Below are positions 37,624 to 50,648 of a DNA stretch of 64,000 nt, piece by piece. The stretch lies in NCBI RefSeq assembly GCF_018977255.1, contig NW_024704743.1:71860001-71924000 (forward strand), read 5' to 3'. Both the position numbers and the translations under genes were made by a program. The DNA is from Callorhinchus milii. Lineage: Eukaryota. Each line of letters begins with the position of its first letter. Positions within the stretch are counted from its first letter, which is position 1. The notes under the pieces are model-generated. The model saw nothing but the letters and a program-made list of their open reading frames with translations. It ran no database searches and was not told the origin of the DNA.

Positions 37624-38100
37624 TATTTTTATCGGTCAGCCGGGTGTCTGACACATGCGGGAACCCATCGCCATATGTAAGAATATCCAAACCAAGCTGA
37701 TAATTCCATGCATCCCACCTACACATGGAAATCCCAGAGATAGATTGTTGGAATGGAATGTACACTCGCTCCTTGGAGGGATGTATCGTCCTTACCTAAT
37801 TCCAGAAAGTATTAGCCACAGGTTAGCAAGAGCCAAATCTTGAGAACCCCAGAGTGTACGTTGGTGGAATCCCGTCAGCGAAAACCGCACAGCTTACCAT
37901 TGATATTGCTGTCTGGCAAGCTTTCCTGCTGCTTGTCCAGCTAGGACCACCTTAACCAATAGGGCTTTGGCTTAACAGGAGCTGAGTGGGATGACTCCTT
38001 GCTCCTAGTGACTAGTCTGCTCTTCCAGGTTCTACCGATGAGCCAAGTTGGCTCTGCTGTCATCAAAAGTGCCCTGGAATATTACAGTCCATTCTGGCTC
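37624..38100 (-). mobile_element. Unclassified A-tailed retroposon copy with 10-bp TSD
   Basis: AGTCTAGAAT at 37614-37623 and 38101-38110; A-rich tail next to the left TSD; homologous to about 15 other copies. Confidence 0.8.
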
Positions 38101-38592
38101 AGTCTAGAATGACACTGCAGTGTAATACTGGGCAGCGCTGCATTGCGGGTGGTGGTGTCTTTCCGAGCAACTGTTGAAGCTAAAGTCCCTTTTGACTTCA
38201 TTTGAATATTACATGAGATTTGAATATCACTACTCAAAAATAGAAGATAGTGTCTGCTGATGATGTGGCAGAATAATTATAGGCATTCTGGCTCATGGCA
38301 GTTTGTGGGATCTTGTGTGTATCAGTTGCCCCACAAAAACAGTCACTATACTTAGTGATAACTTACATTTGTTTGTTTTTCTTAGCATCATCATGCTTAG
38401 GAGTATCCAAACCAGAGTTCCATACATTCCCATCTACACTTCCTGTTTATTGGAATATAATGGGCAATCTCTCTGTGTAGGGGTGAACCCTGCTTACCTA
38501 ATTCTGAGAGTATTAGGCACAGGCTGACAGGAGCCAAGGCTTGGGGACCCCATCCATACTGTGTTGGTACTGCTGGTATTTAATCAGCTACA

Positions 38593-38912
38593 CGGAGTCC
38601 TGTAGCTCAGTGGTTAGAGCACTCGCTTTGCAAGCGAGAGACCTGAGTTCAATTCCAGGCAGAGGGCGAAACCTTGTGCAAGTTTCCTTACTCCACACGC
38701 CTAATAATAATCCCTCCAAAACCAAAAACAATAATAAATTGGTCATTTTCAATCCATGACTGTTTGTAGGACATTGCTGTGCGCAATTGGCTGCCGCCTT
38801 CGCCCACAAATATACAGTCAGTTCACTTTACAGTGTGTTCTGTGAAGCGCTTTGGCACGTCCTCCCGACGTGAAAAGCGGTACATAAAATGCAAGGATTA
38901 TTATTTATTATT
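38593..38912 (+). mobile_element. tRNA-derived Deu-SINE, full-length young copy
   Basis: Near-identical to 35188-35510; inserted into a copy of the unclassified retroposon. Confidence 0.92.
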
Positions 38913-41900
38913 AAAACTGCAAAGCTCTGTCTGGCTGCTTGTCCAGCTAGGACCACTCTCTTCTTACAGGGTTAACAGGAACTGAATGGGAAGAATTCCC
39001 TGCACCATTCCTACTGATGAGCCAACTGCCTCGGTGCTGGCCACCACAGAGAGTTAGTTGACTGTGACATTTTCAATCGCTGTACTACAGTTCAGCTCTG
39101 GTGGGAATGAACTAGTTTCTTTTCACCTGTGTCTTCTTTCTTTAAAATATTATGAATAATTTATTGCACATCGGTGAACTTACTACAAACAGAGTTTGCC
39201 TGCACTTTAACGTTGCGAGTAAAACTGAGAATTATTCTCCTAACTTTTCATTTTGGCATCCTGTATCCTTCAGGAGCACAACCTCTTTATTTGTTTATCA
39301 CATGTGGTAACTTGATCTCACTACACTTCTGTTGGACTCAATTAGCTTCTAAAGAAAAGCATCAACCATGTTTTTAAAAAAATCTTCTCGAGGTAAACAA
39401 TGTGTCATGCCAGAACTTACTGTGAGTTTGAAGAAAAGGTAGTCCAGGGATGTCATGGCTGATTGAGTGCAGCAGCTGAGATCCATTTTATGTATGAAAA
39501 GTAATGTTTAGAAACAATTGATATTTATCCAAACCTGGAAGGAAAGGGAGTTTTCCACCACAGTTCAGCACTCCATACTAAGCAGTGAAATGTACAGCAT
39601 TTCCTATTTGGTTGGTACGTGTTAGAAAACACACGCTAGTTTTAAATGTTATGAAGTGATTGTTGGCCCTCAGAAGAGCTGGTCATTTCAGCAATCTGCA
39701 GCAAAATAACTTTTTTTCCTTTTGTAATTCTGTACCCCTCATAGCAAGTTTTTTAAAATGAAGAGAAGCTTTTTAATACTCTAAGTTTGAACTGTAGAGT
39801 CTTAAAGTAAAAGAGGCATTATATCTTTGAGAAATGATTAAATAATCCTTGCATTTCAGAAATATCTCCACGCATTTCACAGTTAATTGCTGTCAAGTGT
39901 AGCAATGCATATTTGTAAGCAAACACAACAGCCAATTTTCACACAGAGGTTCCCACAAATAAGCGTGAAGTGGACAACAAATTGATCAGGAACGTTATTG
40001 GTCAGGATCCCAAGAGAAACTCAATTCTCTTTTCAAATGGTGTTATGGGATTCTTAATGTCAATTCAAAATGGACAGGCAGGACCTCAGTTCAATATCTA
40101 TTTGAAAAGCTACACTTCTGAAGATGCAGCGCTTCCCTAGTAAGCATTTGTGTTCAATACAGGCTGAATTTAAGTCTCAATAGTCATCATGTAGGAACAT
40201 GTGTAGAATTTGGAGAATGATAACCCAATGCATTCTGCCTTAGTGTTGTTTGGTTCCACTGTTCTTGCCTCTGGGTCAGAAGGTTATAGCTTTTTGCCCA
40301 AAATATACAATCAGTTCATATTACAGTATATTCTGAAGTGTTTTGAGACATCTCAAAGTCGTGATAAGGCGCTATATCAAATGTAGGGATTTGATATCCC
40401 TTCAAATGCAGTCCCTTCAAGCACCAAGGAGGTGGATGAGAATGCTTTGCATTGAGTCACCAACTCCTTTTTTTTTTCCGCCCTTCCTTGGTCTCCAGCA
40501 CTCGCTGGCTCCAACACTGTAATGTCAGATTGTCAGCCCTCTGAATAATGACCACGTAGATTTGATGGCCAACAATGGTGTTGCATCCATTGGTTATTTG
40601 CAAGGAGTTAGACCTCAGAAACTGCCCTATTCATATGAATTTCAGCATCCAAGGTAACCCACAGAAAAGATTCACTTGGTCTTCAAGGTCATCACAAACC
40701 TTTTCTCCAGACATGAGCTACAAAGCAACAACAACAACAAAATTACATTTCTATAGCACCTTTCAGTCAGGAGGATGTCCCAAGGCACTGGACAATTGGT
40801 GTTTTGGACCCGAACTGGGAGTCAGGACCAGAGAGAGTGGAGGGTAGGGGTGGGGGGGAAGGAGGGTGATCGAAGGCACGTGTAAAGCCTAATGAAACTG
40901 CATTCAGCAGAAAGTGTGCCTCAACTAATAATTCAATACAGTTAGTTTGCAGGCATGATCGTATGATGGTGGGGGTGTGGGGAGGGCAGAATCCATAGAT
41001 TGCAGACCCAACTTGCTCAAATGTTTTTTTTTTAAATTCACTGCACAATAAGATGAAATTGTGCTGAAATATTGTGGTCAGCACTGCCCTAACATCGGTA
41101 TAAAAGAAACCATATTTGTGTTCTGTTGTAGTAAAGTCAATCCACTTTACAGCATATTATGTGAAGCGCTTTGAGACTCCTTGACAAAGTGAAAGGTGTT
41201 ATACCAAATACAAGGATTATTATTGTTATTCCTTTAAAAATGGGATGTGCATGAAGCTCCAGAAATTGCATGTGGATGTTGAGTGCTGAGTTAGAAGGGA
41301 TTGAGTTCATGGTTTGGACAAGTATAGGGAGAACCAAATAGTTATAAAATATACAGTCAATTAACTTTACAGTATATCCTGTGAAGCGCTTTGAGATGTC
41401 TCAATGATGTGATAAGTTGATATATCATATGCAAAGTTTATTTTAAAACAGGATTATTTAAAGGTGGATTTTCACGCTGTATCACACGACAGCTTTGAGG
41501 ACATATTATAGCTGGAGAGGCATATAGCCAGAGACCCCAGTGTTGTGCAATTATATGCACATATATATAATAATAATCCTTGCATTTGATATAGCGCTTT
41601 TCACGTCTTCTTAGACGTCTCTAAGCGCTTCACAGAATATACTGTAAAGTAAATTGACTCTATTTGTGGGTGAAATATATGATGGCACAGGAACAAAAGA
41701 CAAGATTGCCTGTGTGCAAGAACTCACTACAAAGTGTTTGTAGTTCATGACTTTATTTGTTCAGGCCTCCAAAATAACTGCAGGAAGTCCCCACCAGAAT
41801 TGGCAGGAAGTTGCTGATAACCCATTGGAGATTAACCAAGATTTGAGGCTTTGCCATGTCCTCAGATGCTGGGGCCATCAAATTTATCCCATATATACCC

Positions 41901-44216
41901 TGTAGTGCAAATGCTTTATTACCCAAAGTGATCATCCCAGAAATTGAGCATATAGCTTCTGTATTTTAGCCAGCCAGTTCTTCCCAGAACAGAAGTTACA
42001 TCCTGTGTTTCATGAGGAAGTGGGATTTCTTTGAATTGCCCCATGTCATAGGCAAAAAAACACATAAGTGGTTTGTTCTGTGCTCTACTCGGCATTAATT
42101 GTGAAAACAATCTCCGACCAAAGTGGTCTCACTTTTTAAAAAAAAGTTTTCCAGTAGAAAGCCCCAACAATGGTGGTTTTAAAAAAGTTTTTTTTTTTGT
42201 GTGTGTATATATATATATATAGTAGTGGAATTTTTTTACTCATTAGGAGAGTCTGAGTAGGGGGGCAGGGAGGAATTGTACATAAAACCAGATCAAACTA
42301 AACCAAGAAGTGAGTTCAAAATGGCCTTAAAATACAGCACTGAGGATAGTTTCTTAATTCACAACATGATTACATTTTTTGAAAAAACTTCAGAAAGGGA
42401 GTTAGGAACTGTTAGATTGAAATAAGCTGTTCCTGTGCCCCAGCAGCTGGGCTGGAGCACTGAGTGACCATTATCCAATGTCCCCTCCGCTCCTGTTTAT
42501 ATTGATTGGTTGCCACAGTTGGCTTGTTCAGTGTTGGCAATAAACTGACAAAAGCAATGTTGCTGCCTTGAGCAGAGGGAAGCATGTGGCACTAAAAGAA
42601 GCTAGTACTTTTGATCAATCTGTGCCTCTTAGATTTGATCATGCAGCGAGGAGAGTCCCGACTCAACTCTGTACAGGCCAGAGAAGCATTTTCACAATCA
42701 CTGATGTGTAGAGACCTTTATGTATTTAATAAAAACAAAAACAAAAGCACACGCCTGCGTATGCACAGCTGTTATGTTTCGGTGGCTAATATACACGTCA
42801 TGATGATGGGTTTCCCCATGTATCAGAAACTTGGCTGACCAAAATAAAATAAGAATCACTCTGACACATTGTCACCAGTTTTGTAGGATTGGGCAAGCTG
42901 CTCACGTGCTATGGTGCTAGTCCACATTGGCTTCCAGCCTTGCATCAAGCACAAGTTCTCTCAACATAAACACAGCAAGAAACAGCTAGTGCATTAGCAA
43001 AGAGGTTAATCTGACCTTCTAGTTGGTAAGGAAAGGCGGACTGCATTGGTCAACAAGGTGTGACCTATGTTTAGCATTGTCGCATCTTTCTCTCCTAAAT
43101 CCTATTTTGGGAGCAAATCCATTGCAATTCTACATTTTTATATGTACAAAAAATATTATTTTGCACTATGGGGGTTTACCAAAAATTTTGCCAATTTCTG
43201 AGCCAATTGAATGACCGATGTAATTGGAGGATTTGTTGACCAGGACATTAAAAAAAACTGCCGTCAGTACTCCGAGACTCCACCTTGCATGAGGGGCAAT
43301 ACAGTGCAAGCCAGTTAAGACGGACACATTGAGAACTGACATTTTGTCTAATTGAAGAGGTGTCTGAGGTTAAGCGAAATAACATTCCTGCCCAGCAGAG
43401 GAGCTGCAGCAGTGCTGTTTAATAATATGTAATAATGTTGTTTCACTTGAAGCAATGTTAACTAATTGGAGATTGGAGAATGGGGTTGGGGGCCGGGTAT
43501 ATTCCACAGCTTTCTCCCTCCCGTACCTTTCACTTCCCCGCTCCCTCATGTGAAAAGGGATTCTGAATGCTGTTTTTCGCTGAATCCATTTTGAGATAGT
43601 TTTCATATGTTTATGCCAGCAGGAAGTAAAGATATAACTCCCAACGACATTTGCTTCCTGTAAACTCTGTGCCTATTAAGAGCTTGAGCTTTCTTGAAAG
43701 TGTATCCATTTTTCTGACTGGAGGACAGGATTGAGCAGTTGCAAAATCAGTCTACGGTTCAGTCAGTTTGGCAGCTGTTCAAAGGCCAAGTGCAGATTTC
43801 AGTTTAGAGTTCAACCACAAAAGGGAATTGTGGTATTTTATAGAGCTCCTGATTCATCTATAACCTTTAATGTCTCTTAGTTTTAACGTTTGTGGGGTGG
43901 GGAATTTCTACAGCTTTTTGGGGGAAATATTGAATAATTTTGCATTTCCTTCCCTTTGCAAAATTCCAGCATGTTATTCAGGAGGATTTCAGTTAACAAT
44001 AACTTGCTTTAATATAACGCCTTTCACCAGCGTAGCGTCTTGGAGCGCTTAATAGTGGCATAGCACGATGCTGAGCCAATGGTGATGTTTGCTGGTTTCC
44101 TATAAAATTCTGATTACAAGGGAATTCTAAATGCAGCAGGAAAATAGAATCATAGAACAGCACAGAAATAGGTTTTTCTGCCTTTTTCTACTCATTTTTA
44201 TATGTGACATTCATTT

Positions 44217-46363
44217 GTTACTGTCTCCTACTCCCGCTCCTCCCCCTGGTACACCACCCACCTCCGCTCACTGAAAAGCCAGGTGCGGGCTGCTGAACGC
44301 ACCTGTGTCAAATCTGGCCTAACGGTCCACCGACAAATCTGGCTGGACCTCCTCAAAATTTACCGCTCCACTCTAGCCTCGGCCAAGTCGTCCTTCTACT
44401 CCAGGATAATCCTGGAGGCGAAGAACAACCCCAGGCTACTGTTTTCCACCACAACCCGACTCCTCCGTCCCCCCCGCCACCCCGCGCAGGTCATCTCCTC
44501 CAACCTTCACTGCGAGGAGATGCTGGATTTCCTTGAATCCAAGATCAAGGGAATCCGCTCCGCGGTCACTTCCCCTCCAACTTCCACCCACCACCCACCC
44601 CTTCCCTCCCACACTCCGACTCCTACCCATCCTCCCCTACACACCTTCGTACCCGTTTCCCCACCCTCTGTCACTGAACTCATCCTATCCCTAAAACCAA
44701 CCACCTGCTCCCTTGACCCCATCCCCACTCCACTCCTTATCTCCCAGCTCCACTTTCTTGCCCCACATATCACTGACATCATCAACCTGTCCCTCTCCTC
44801 TGGCTCTGTCCCCATTCCATTAAAAACTGCCATCATCACGCCCACCCTGAAAAAACCCTCCCTTGATGCGTCGCAGCTATCAAGCTACCGGCCCATCTCC
44901 AACCTCCCCTTTCTCTCCAAGGTCTTGGAAAGAGTTGTCGCCTCCCAACTGCGCTCTTTCCTTTCCACCCATTCTCTTTTTGAACCCCTTCAGTCAGGTT
45001 TCCGTGCTGCCCATAGCACAGAAACTGCCCTGGTCAAGGTCACCAATGATATCCTGACCATCTGTGACCAGGGCTCCCTCTGTCTCCTCGTCCTCCTCGA
45101 CCTATCGGCAGCATTCGATACGGTCGACCACGCTATCCTACTCCACCGCTTGTCCTCCCACCTCAACCTTCAAGGCACTGTCCTTGAATGGTTTAGGTCG
45201 TACCTTTCTCACCGTCTTCACTTTGTCTCAACGAATGGCTTCTCCTCCACCCCCCGTACTGTCTCATGTGGTGTCCCTCAGGGCTCTGTCCTCGGTCCCC
45301 TCCTCTTCACCCTCTATATGCTCCCCCTTGGTGACATCATCCGCAGACATGGAGTTAACTTCCACATGTATGCGGATGACACCCAACTCTACCTTTCCTC
45401 CTCTACTCTCAACTCCACGACCACCGATGTCCTGACAGCCTGCCTGTCCGACATCGAGTCCTGGACGAGAGACAACTTTCTTCAGCTCAACGTGCGAAAA
45501 ACCGAGGCCCTCCTGATTGGCTCACGTCAGCGCCTCCGCACCTCAGGCGCTGACACCATCAGCATCCAAGGCTGCACTCTCCACCTCTCAAAGCCAGTCA
45601 GGAACCTCGGCGTTTTGTTCGACCCTGAGCTGTCCTTTCTCCCTCACATCCGCACCACAACTGGCACCGCCTTCCATCACCTCCGGAACATCGCCAGACT
45701 ACGGCACTACCTCACCCCTCACGCTGCTGAAACCCTGGTCCACGCCTTTGTCACCTCAAGGCTGGACTATGGGAACTCTCTCCTCGCCGGCCTTCCCGCC
45801 ACCTCCCTCCACAAGCTGCAGGTCATTCAGAACTCTGCAGCTCGTGTACTGTCCCGCACCAGGCTTCGGGACCACATCACTCCCACCCTCGCTCGCCTCC
45901 ACTGGCTCCCCATCCCCCAGAGGATTGATTTCAAGATCCTCATCCTCACCTACAAGGCCATTCACGGCCTTGCTCCCTCCTACCTCTCCAACCTACTATC
46001 CCCCTACCTACCTGCCCGTACCCTCCGTTCCTCTGGCTCCGGTCTGCTCCACGTCCCCCGCCCCAACCGCCCTACCATCGGTGGTCGGGCCTTCAGCCTC
46101 TCAGCCCCGAGGCTCTGGAACTCCATCCCCCAGTGCCTTCGCCGCTTCCTCCCTTTCCTCCTTCAAGGCCGGTCTCAAAACCTTTCTCTTTGACCGTGCC
46201 TTCAGCTCCCCTCTCGACTCTCTTCCTCCCTCCCCTCACCATTTCCCCCCTCCTTGCTCCCTCCCTTCCCTCACCCTGACCATTTCCCCCCTGCTCGGGT
46301 CATGACCCAACTGTGCAGCGCCTTGGGACGTCCTCCTGACGTGAAAGGCGCTCTATAAATGGA

Positions 46364-46392
<29 letters not shown>
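44217..46392 (+). mobile_element. Young 5'-truncated L2-clade LINE with open reverse transcriptase frame
   Basis: ORF 44283-46193 has [41 protein letters not shown] and LHWLP. It has no endonuclease domain, and a frameshift near 46140. It ends in a 3' stem-loop plus a (TTG)n tail. Confidence 0.96.
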
Positions 46393-46396
<4 letters not shown>

Positions 46397-46514
46397 ATTT
46401 TAATTTAATTTTTATCATCAATTTTACCCATAGCTACGTTTGTTTAAAAAATCAAGGGCTGCCATTTTCTTGCAGAAACTGCAATATTTAACATTTATCG
46501 CAACTTTTTAGAGC

Positions 46515-46868
46515 ATCCAGGCTCAACTACTTGCTCGCTGACCTCCCCAACTCCTCCCTCCATAGGCTGCAGATCATCCAGAACTCTGCAGCCTGTGTCC
46601 TCTCCCGCACTAGGCTCAGTGACCCCATCATCCACATTCTCGCCCGACTCCACTGGCTTCCCATCACACACAGCTTAAGATCCTGGTCCTCATCTTGAAA
46701 GCCGTCTCAAGACCCTCCTCTTTGATTGTGCCATCAGTCACCCTCATTACCCCCTGCCCTCCACCCTCCCCAATCCTGACCTGCAGCTCGGGTGCGAAAC
46801 ACTGACCGTCTTGGGACGTCCTCCTAACGTGAAAGGCGCTATACAAATGTAATTTTGTTGTTGTTGTT
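46515..46868 (+). mobile_element. Internally deleted L2 3' fragment
   Basis: Matches 45760-45950 and then the 3' UTR, stem-loop and (TTG)n tail. Confidence 0.8.
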
Positions 46869-47049
46869 ACAACATGTAATGACTATAGTAAGTATGCACT
46901 CCTATTGTACCAGCCACCTGTCATATCAACACACCCCAAGTTCCCGTCTGCCTGTCCATCAACCCATCTCTTTGAAACATCCACCTGTCGGTATCGTCTT
47001 CAAAATACACAGACACAGCATGTTACAGTATATCCTAATTGCACTAGTT

Positions 47050-48465
47050 GGTCAGTGCCTGCCGAGCAGAAGGAGTGGGCAGGTTAGTAGGGTTTAAGAA
47101 GGTCCCAGAGGTGAGGTGGAGCAAATCCGTGGAGGGTTTTAAATGTGAGGCTGAGTATCTGGAACGCAATCCTGTGGGGGTGGAAAACCAATGAAGTGGT
47201 AGGTTCACGGAGCTTGGTTTGAGATAGAACACATGTTACAGAGCTCTGAAGGGTTTATAGATTGTGGAGGGAAGAGTTGGAAGCCCGGTGAGCAGAGAGT
47301 TGACATAGTCAAGCTTGGACATGATAAAAGCATAGGTAAGGGTCTTGGTAGCCCAGTGGGAGAGGTAGTGGTGGAGGTGGGCAGTGTTGTTAAGATGGGG
47401 GAAAGCACGGGCCAGAGCACGGATTGAGGTTTAAAGGACAGTTGAGAGTCGAACAAGACACTGAGATTCCTCAGAGGTTATGCACTGGCTCTATAATAAT
47501 AATAATAATCCTTGCATTTGATATAGCGCTTTTCACGTCTTCACAGAAGCGCTGCACAGAATATACTGTAAAGTGAATTGACTGTATATTTGTGGGCGAA
47601 CGCGGCAGCCAATTGCGCACAGCAATGTCCCACAAACAGAAATGGATTGAAAATGACCAATTTATTATTGTTTTGGGTTTTGGAGGGATTATTATTAGGC
47701 GTGTGGAGTAAGGAAACTTGCCCAAGGTTTCGCCCTGCCTGGAATTGAACTCAGGTCTCTCACCTGAATGAGGTGGAATGTGCATCCATGTAGCTTGATT
47801 CTCTCAGGCAGTGACAGGAGCCAAGAAGGAGATCCTCTGTCTTGTCGACATTCAATGGAGAAAGTTAGCTCTCCTCCAGGACTTAATCTTCGGCAAGTAA
47901 TCGGTCAGAACAGCAGTGGTCCTGGAATCGAGGCTGGAGGCAGAGAGATAGAGTTGGATGTCATCAACTTACATTGGAAGTTAACCCCATGTCTGCAGAT
48001 GACATTGCCGAGTGGGAGCATGTAGATATTAAAGAGGAGAGGACTGATGATAGAAGCCTGAGAAACACCGCGAGTGACGGTGCAGGAGTGGGAGGAGAAG
48101 TCATTAGCAGATACGAAATGGAGAGGTTTGGGATTGATAGGATTGAAACCCAGAAAGACAACTGTCTGAGGGCCGGTGGAGAAGGATAGCATAATCAATG
48201 GTGTCAAAGGCATCAGAGAAGTCAAGAAGGAAAAGGAGGCAGAGAGAGCCCTGGTCACAGGTGGAGAGAATGTCATTGGTGACTTGGACCAGGGCAGTCT
48301 CGGAAGCCAGATTGGAGGTGTTTGTGCAGGATAGCAAAACTGGCAAGCAACGACTCATTTCAATACCTTGGAGAGGAAAGGTCAGATGGAGATGGGATGG
48401 TAATTAGGACACAAAAGTCAGGGAAATTTTTTTAGCAAGAGGGGTGATGACAGTTATTCTGAGAG
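47050..48465 (-). mobile_element. Degenerate L2 (RT region) interrupted by a SINE
   Basis: SETALVQVTNDIL...LLDFSDAFDTID, SPLLFNIYMLPLGNVI and FDSQLSF on the minus strand. Confidence 0.85.
47494..47765 (-). mobile_element. Deu-SINE, 5'-truncated
   Basis: Reverse-complement match; nested in L2. Confidence 0.9.
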
Positions 48466-49017
48466 GGTTTTTACATGCCTTACTCATCACACTCACCACA
48501 TCACTGTAATACACATCTCAATACTCGTAAAACTTCTTTTCAGTTAAGGTGGGTAGCTTCCAGTAAATTATCACATAATGATCAGGGCAATGCAAACTTG
48601 TTGTAGAAAGGTAGATCTAGTTAGGAAGTGTGTTTTCATTACTGAAATACTGTATTTGTATGGGGTATGTTAATAATGTAAAATAAATTGACTTCTTGAA
48701 AATCTTTTGTAAATTAAATCAAAAAAGACCCAATGTTAGTGAGAATTTATTTGAATCCAGTTCTGTGAAATTATGAATGTGCTGAAATAAGTAGTGTCTG
48801 ACCAGCTACTTTAAAGTGTTTTGCTGCGATTCTCCAACTCCGACAATCTAGCCTTATTGTGTTCACTTTGGGAACCTCTTTATCCTTCCAACCTAATTTT
48901 ATTGGTTAATAATGATTGAACCTGGTATCACATCATTGAGGCATCTCGAAGAGCTTCACCTGATATATTGTAAAGTGGTGACTTTACAATGATTGTGTAT
49001 TCTCTGGTTGCTTCGTG

Positions 49018-49435
49018 TCAGCCTGGCTCAGTTGGTAGCACTTAGACCTATGAGTCAGTAGGTTGTGCCCCATGTTGAAGCTTTGAACTAGATTGGGCTG
49101 ACATTTCACTTTAGTGCTGGGATGTGCTGCATTGTTAGGAGGTGTGGCTCTTTGAATGAGATGTTAAATCTAGATTCCATCCTCCTGTTCAGGTGGACTT
49201 TAAAGATCCTATTGGCACTATTTGAAAATGAAAGTGAGGTTTTCCCGGTGTCCTACCCAATAATCCCCAGATTAAATTTCATGTCTGTTTGTGGGATATT
49301 GCTGTCTGCAAATTGACTGCTGTGTTTGCCTATTTTAATATGCAGTCACTACATTTCACAGTAAAATCCTGTGAAACACCTTGAGATATCTCCCAATCTG
49401 AAAAGTGCTACATCGAATGTAAATATTATTATTAA
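49018..49435 (+). mobile_element. Older Deu-SINE family (different tRNA head; SacSINE1/AmnSINE-like)
   Basis: TGGCTCAGTTGGTAGCAC head, GTTCAGGTGGAC..TAAAGATCC.ATGGCACTATTTGAA and Deu core. Relatives at ~5540, 6430-7590, 13000-13905, 30430-30620, 37540-38345 and 50730-51010. Confidence 0.75.
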
Positions 49436-50471
49436 TGATGATTTGAAGTAAAACTTGAGGTGGTAGAAATCCACAACAACAATTTGCATTTATTTAGTGC
49501 CTTTCATGTGGGGTAGTGTCCCGGAGCACTTAACAACAGCCCACAAAGCAAAATAGGACAACATTTCAGGTTTCACTTCATCTGGACCAGTCACTCCTTT
49601 CTCTGTTCAAATCGTGAACTGCTATGCATTTTCACCATCTCTCAGGCTTATTTTACTGTTTCTTGGCTATAGTTTACAGTCTGAAATACTCACTCGTCTG
49701 ACAAGGCAAGCAAGCCTATCATTCAGAGGCAACAGATCTTCCTTTGAATTGTGGGAATCTTCCTTTAAATAGACACTGGGAGCAGAAAGTTTCTGTTGGG
49801 TCTGGCGCTGTCTGCTTATAGCCAGATTGTGTTGCTACATGCTACACCATTTTCTTTCCTTTCTTGTGGAACAAAAACCTTGTCAGTTAGACTACGAGTG
49901 ACCACAATGACCTATGAGAAATGATGGGGTGATACAGGGATGTCCGGCTTCTAAGTAGAGAATGCCCCATTATTTGTTTGTTTTTTTGATCAGCCGGGTG
50001 TCTGGCACATGCGGAAACTCATCACCATGCTTAAGAGTATCCAGACCAAACTGGATAGTCAAATATTAGGGTTAAAATTGTCAGGAGTGAATTTCAAAGT
50101 ACACCACCAAAGTATTTGAATTCCAAGGAAAGACACTGGATGGCGCTGCAGACGTGTTTGCTGTAGGGTCAGTCATGCTTTTCTCAAGCTTCACCAACAG
50201 TTGAGAACAGCTAAACAACAACAAATTACATTTGTAACAATGTAAATAAGGTCTAATTTTTGATATTTCTTGTGGAATCCCATTAGAATTCCTGTCAACC
50301 CTCAGGAACTCCAGTCCAGGAGTAGATTGCTGCAGAGGAGAGTTAGAAGTCTCAATTTCTGTGCTGAGCATTCCTTTCTGTGGGTAATCTGTCCATGTGT
50401 TTAAATCATGACTATTTGTAGGTCATTGCTGTGTGCAATAGCATAGAAATTCTTTTCTTATTTTTGATCAG

Positions 50472-50648
50472 GTCTTATCACTGCTGGCCTTTATCCTGGA
50501 GGAGTTGGTGCAGAATTGCCTAAAATGCAACGCTCTCTACTTCTTTGAGTTTGTAAGCTGCAGTGCCTTTCTCCTGACGTTGCTCCTGCTGCTCATGATG
50601 GCCACTTCACTGATGGACAAGCTGGATCGAGTCAACTGGCAAAAAGTG
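50472..50648 (+). CDS. CMTM6: CMTM6 coding exon 2
   Basis: gatcag|GTCTTA...AAAGTG|gtaagt; 177 nt; VLSLLAFILEELVQNCLKCNALYFFEFVSCSAFLLTLLLLLMMATSLMDKLDRVNWQKV. Confidence 0.95.

Noticed and set aside
37655..37843. LLEWNVHSL peptide resembling the first motif of an APE endonuclease
   Set aside because: It is antisense to the A-tailed orientation and no later APE motifs follow; probably chance.
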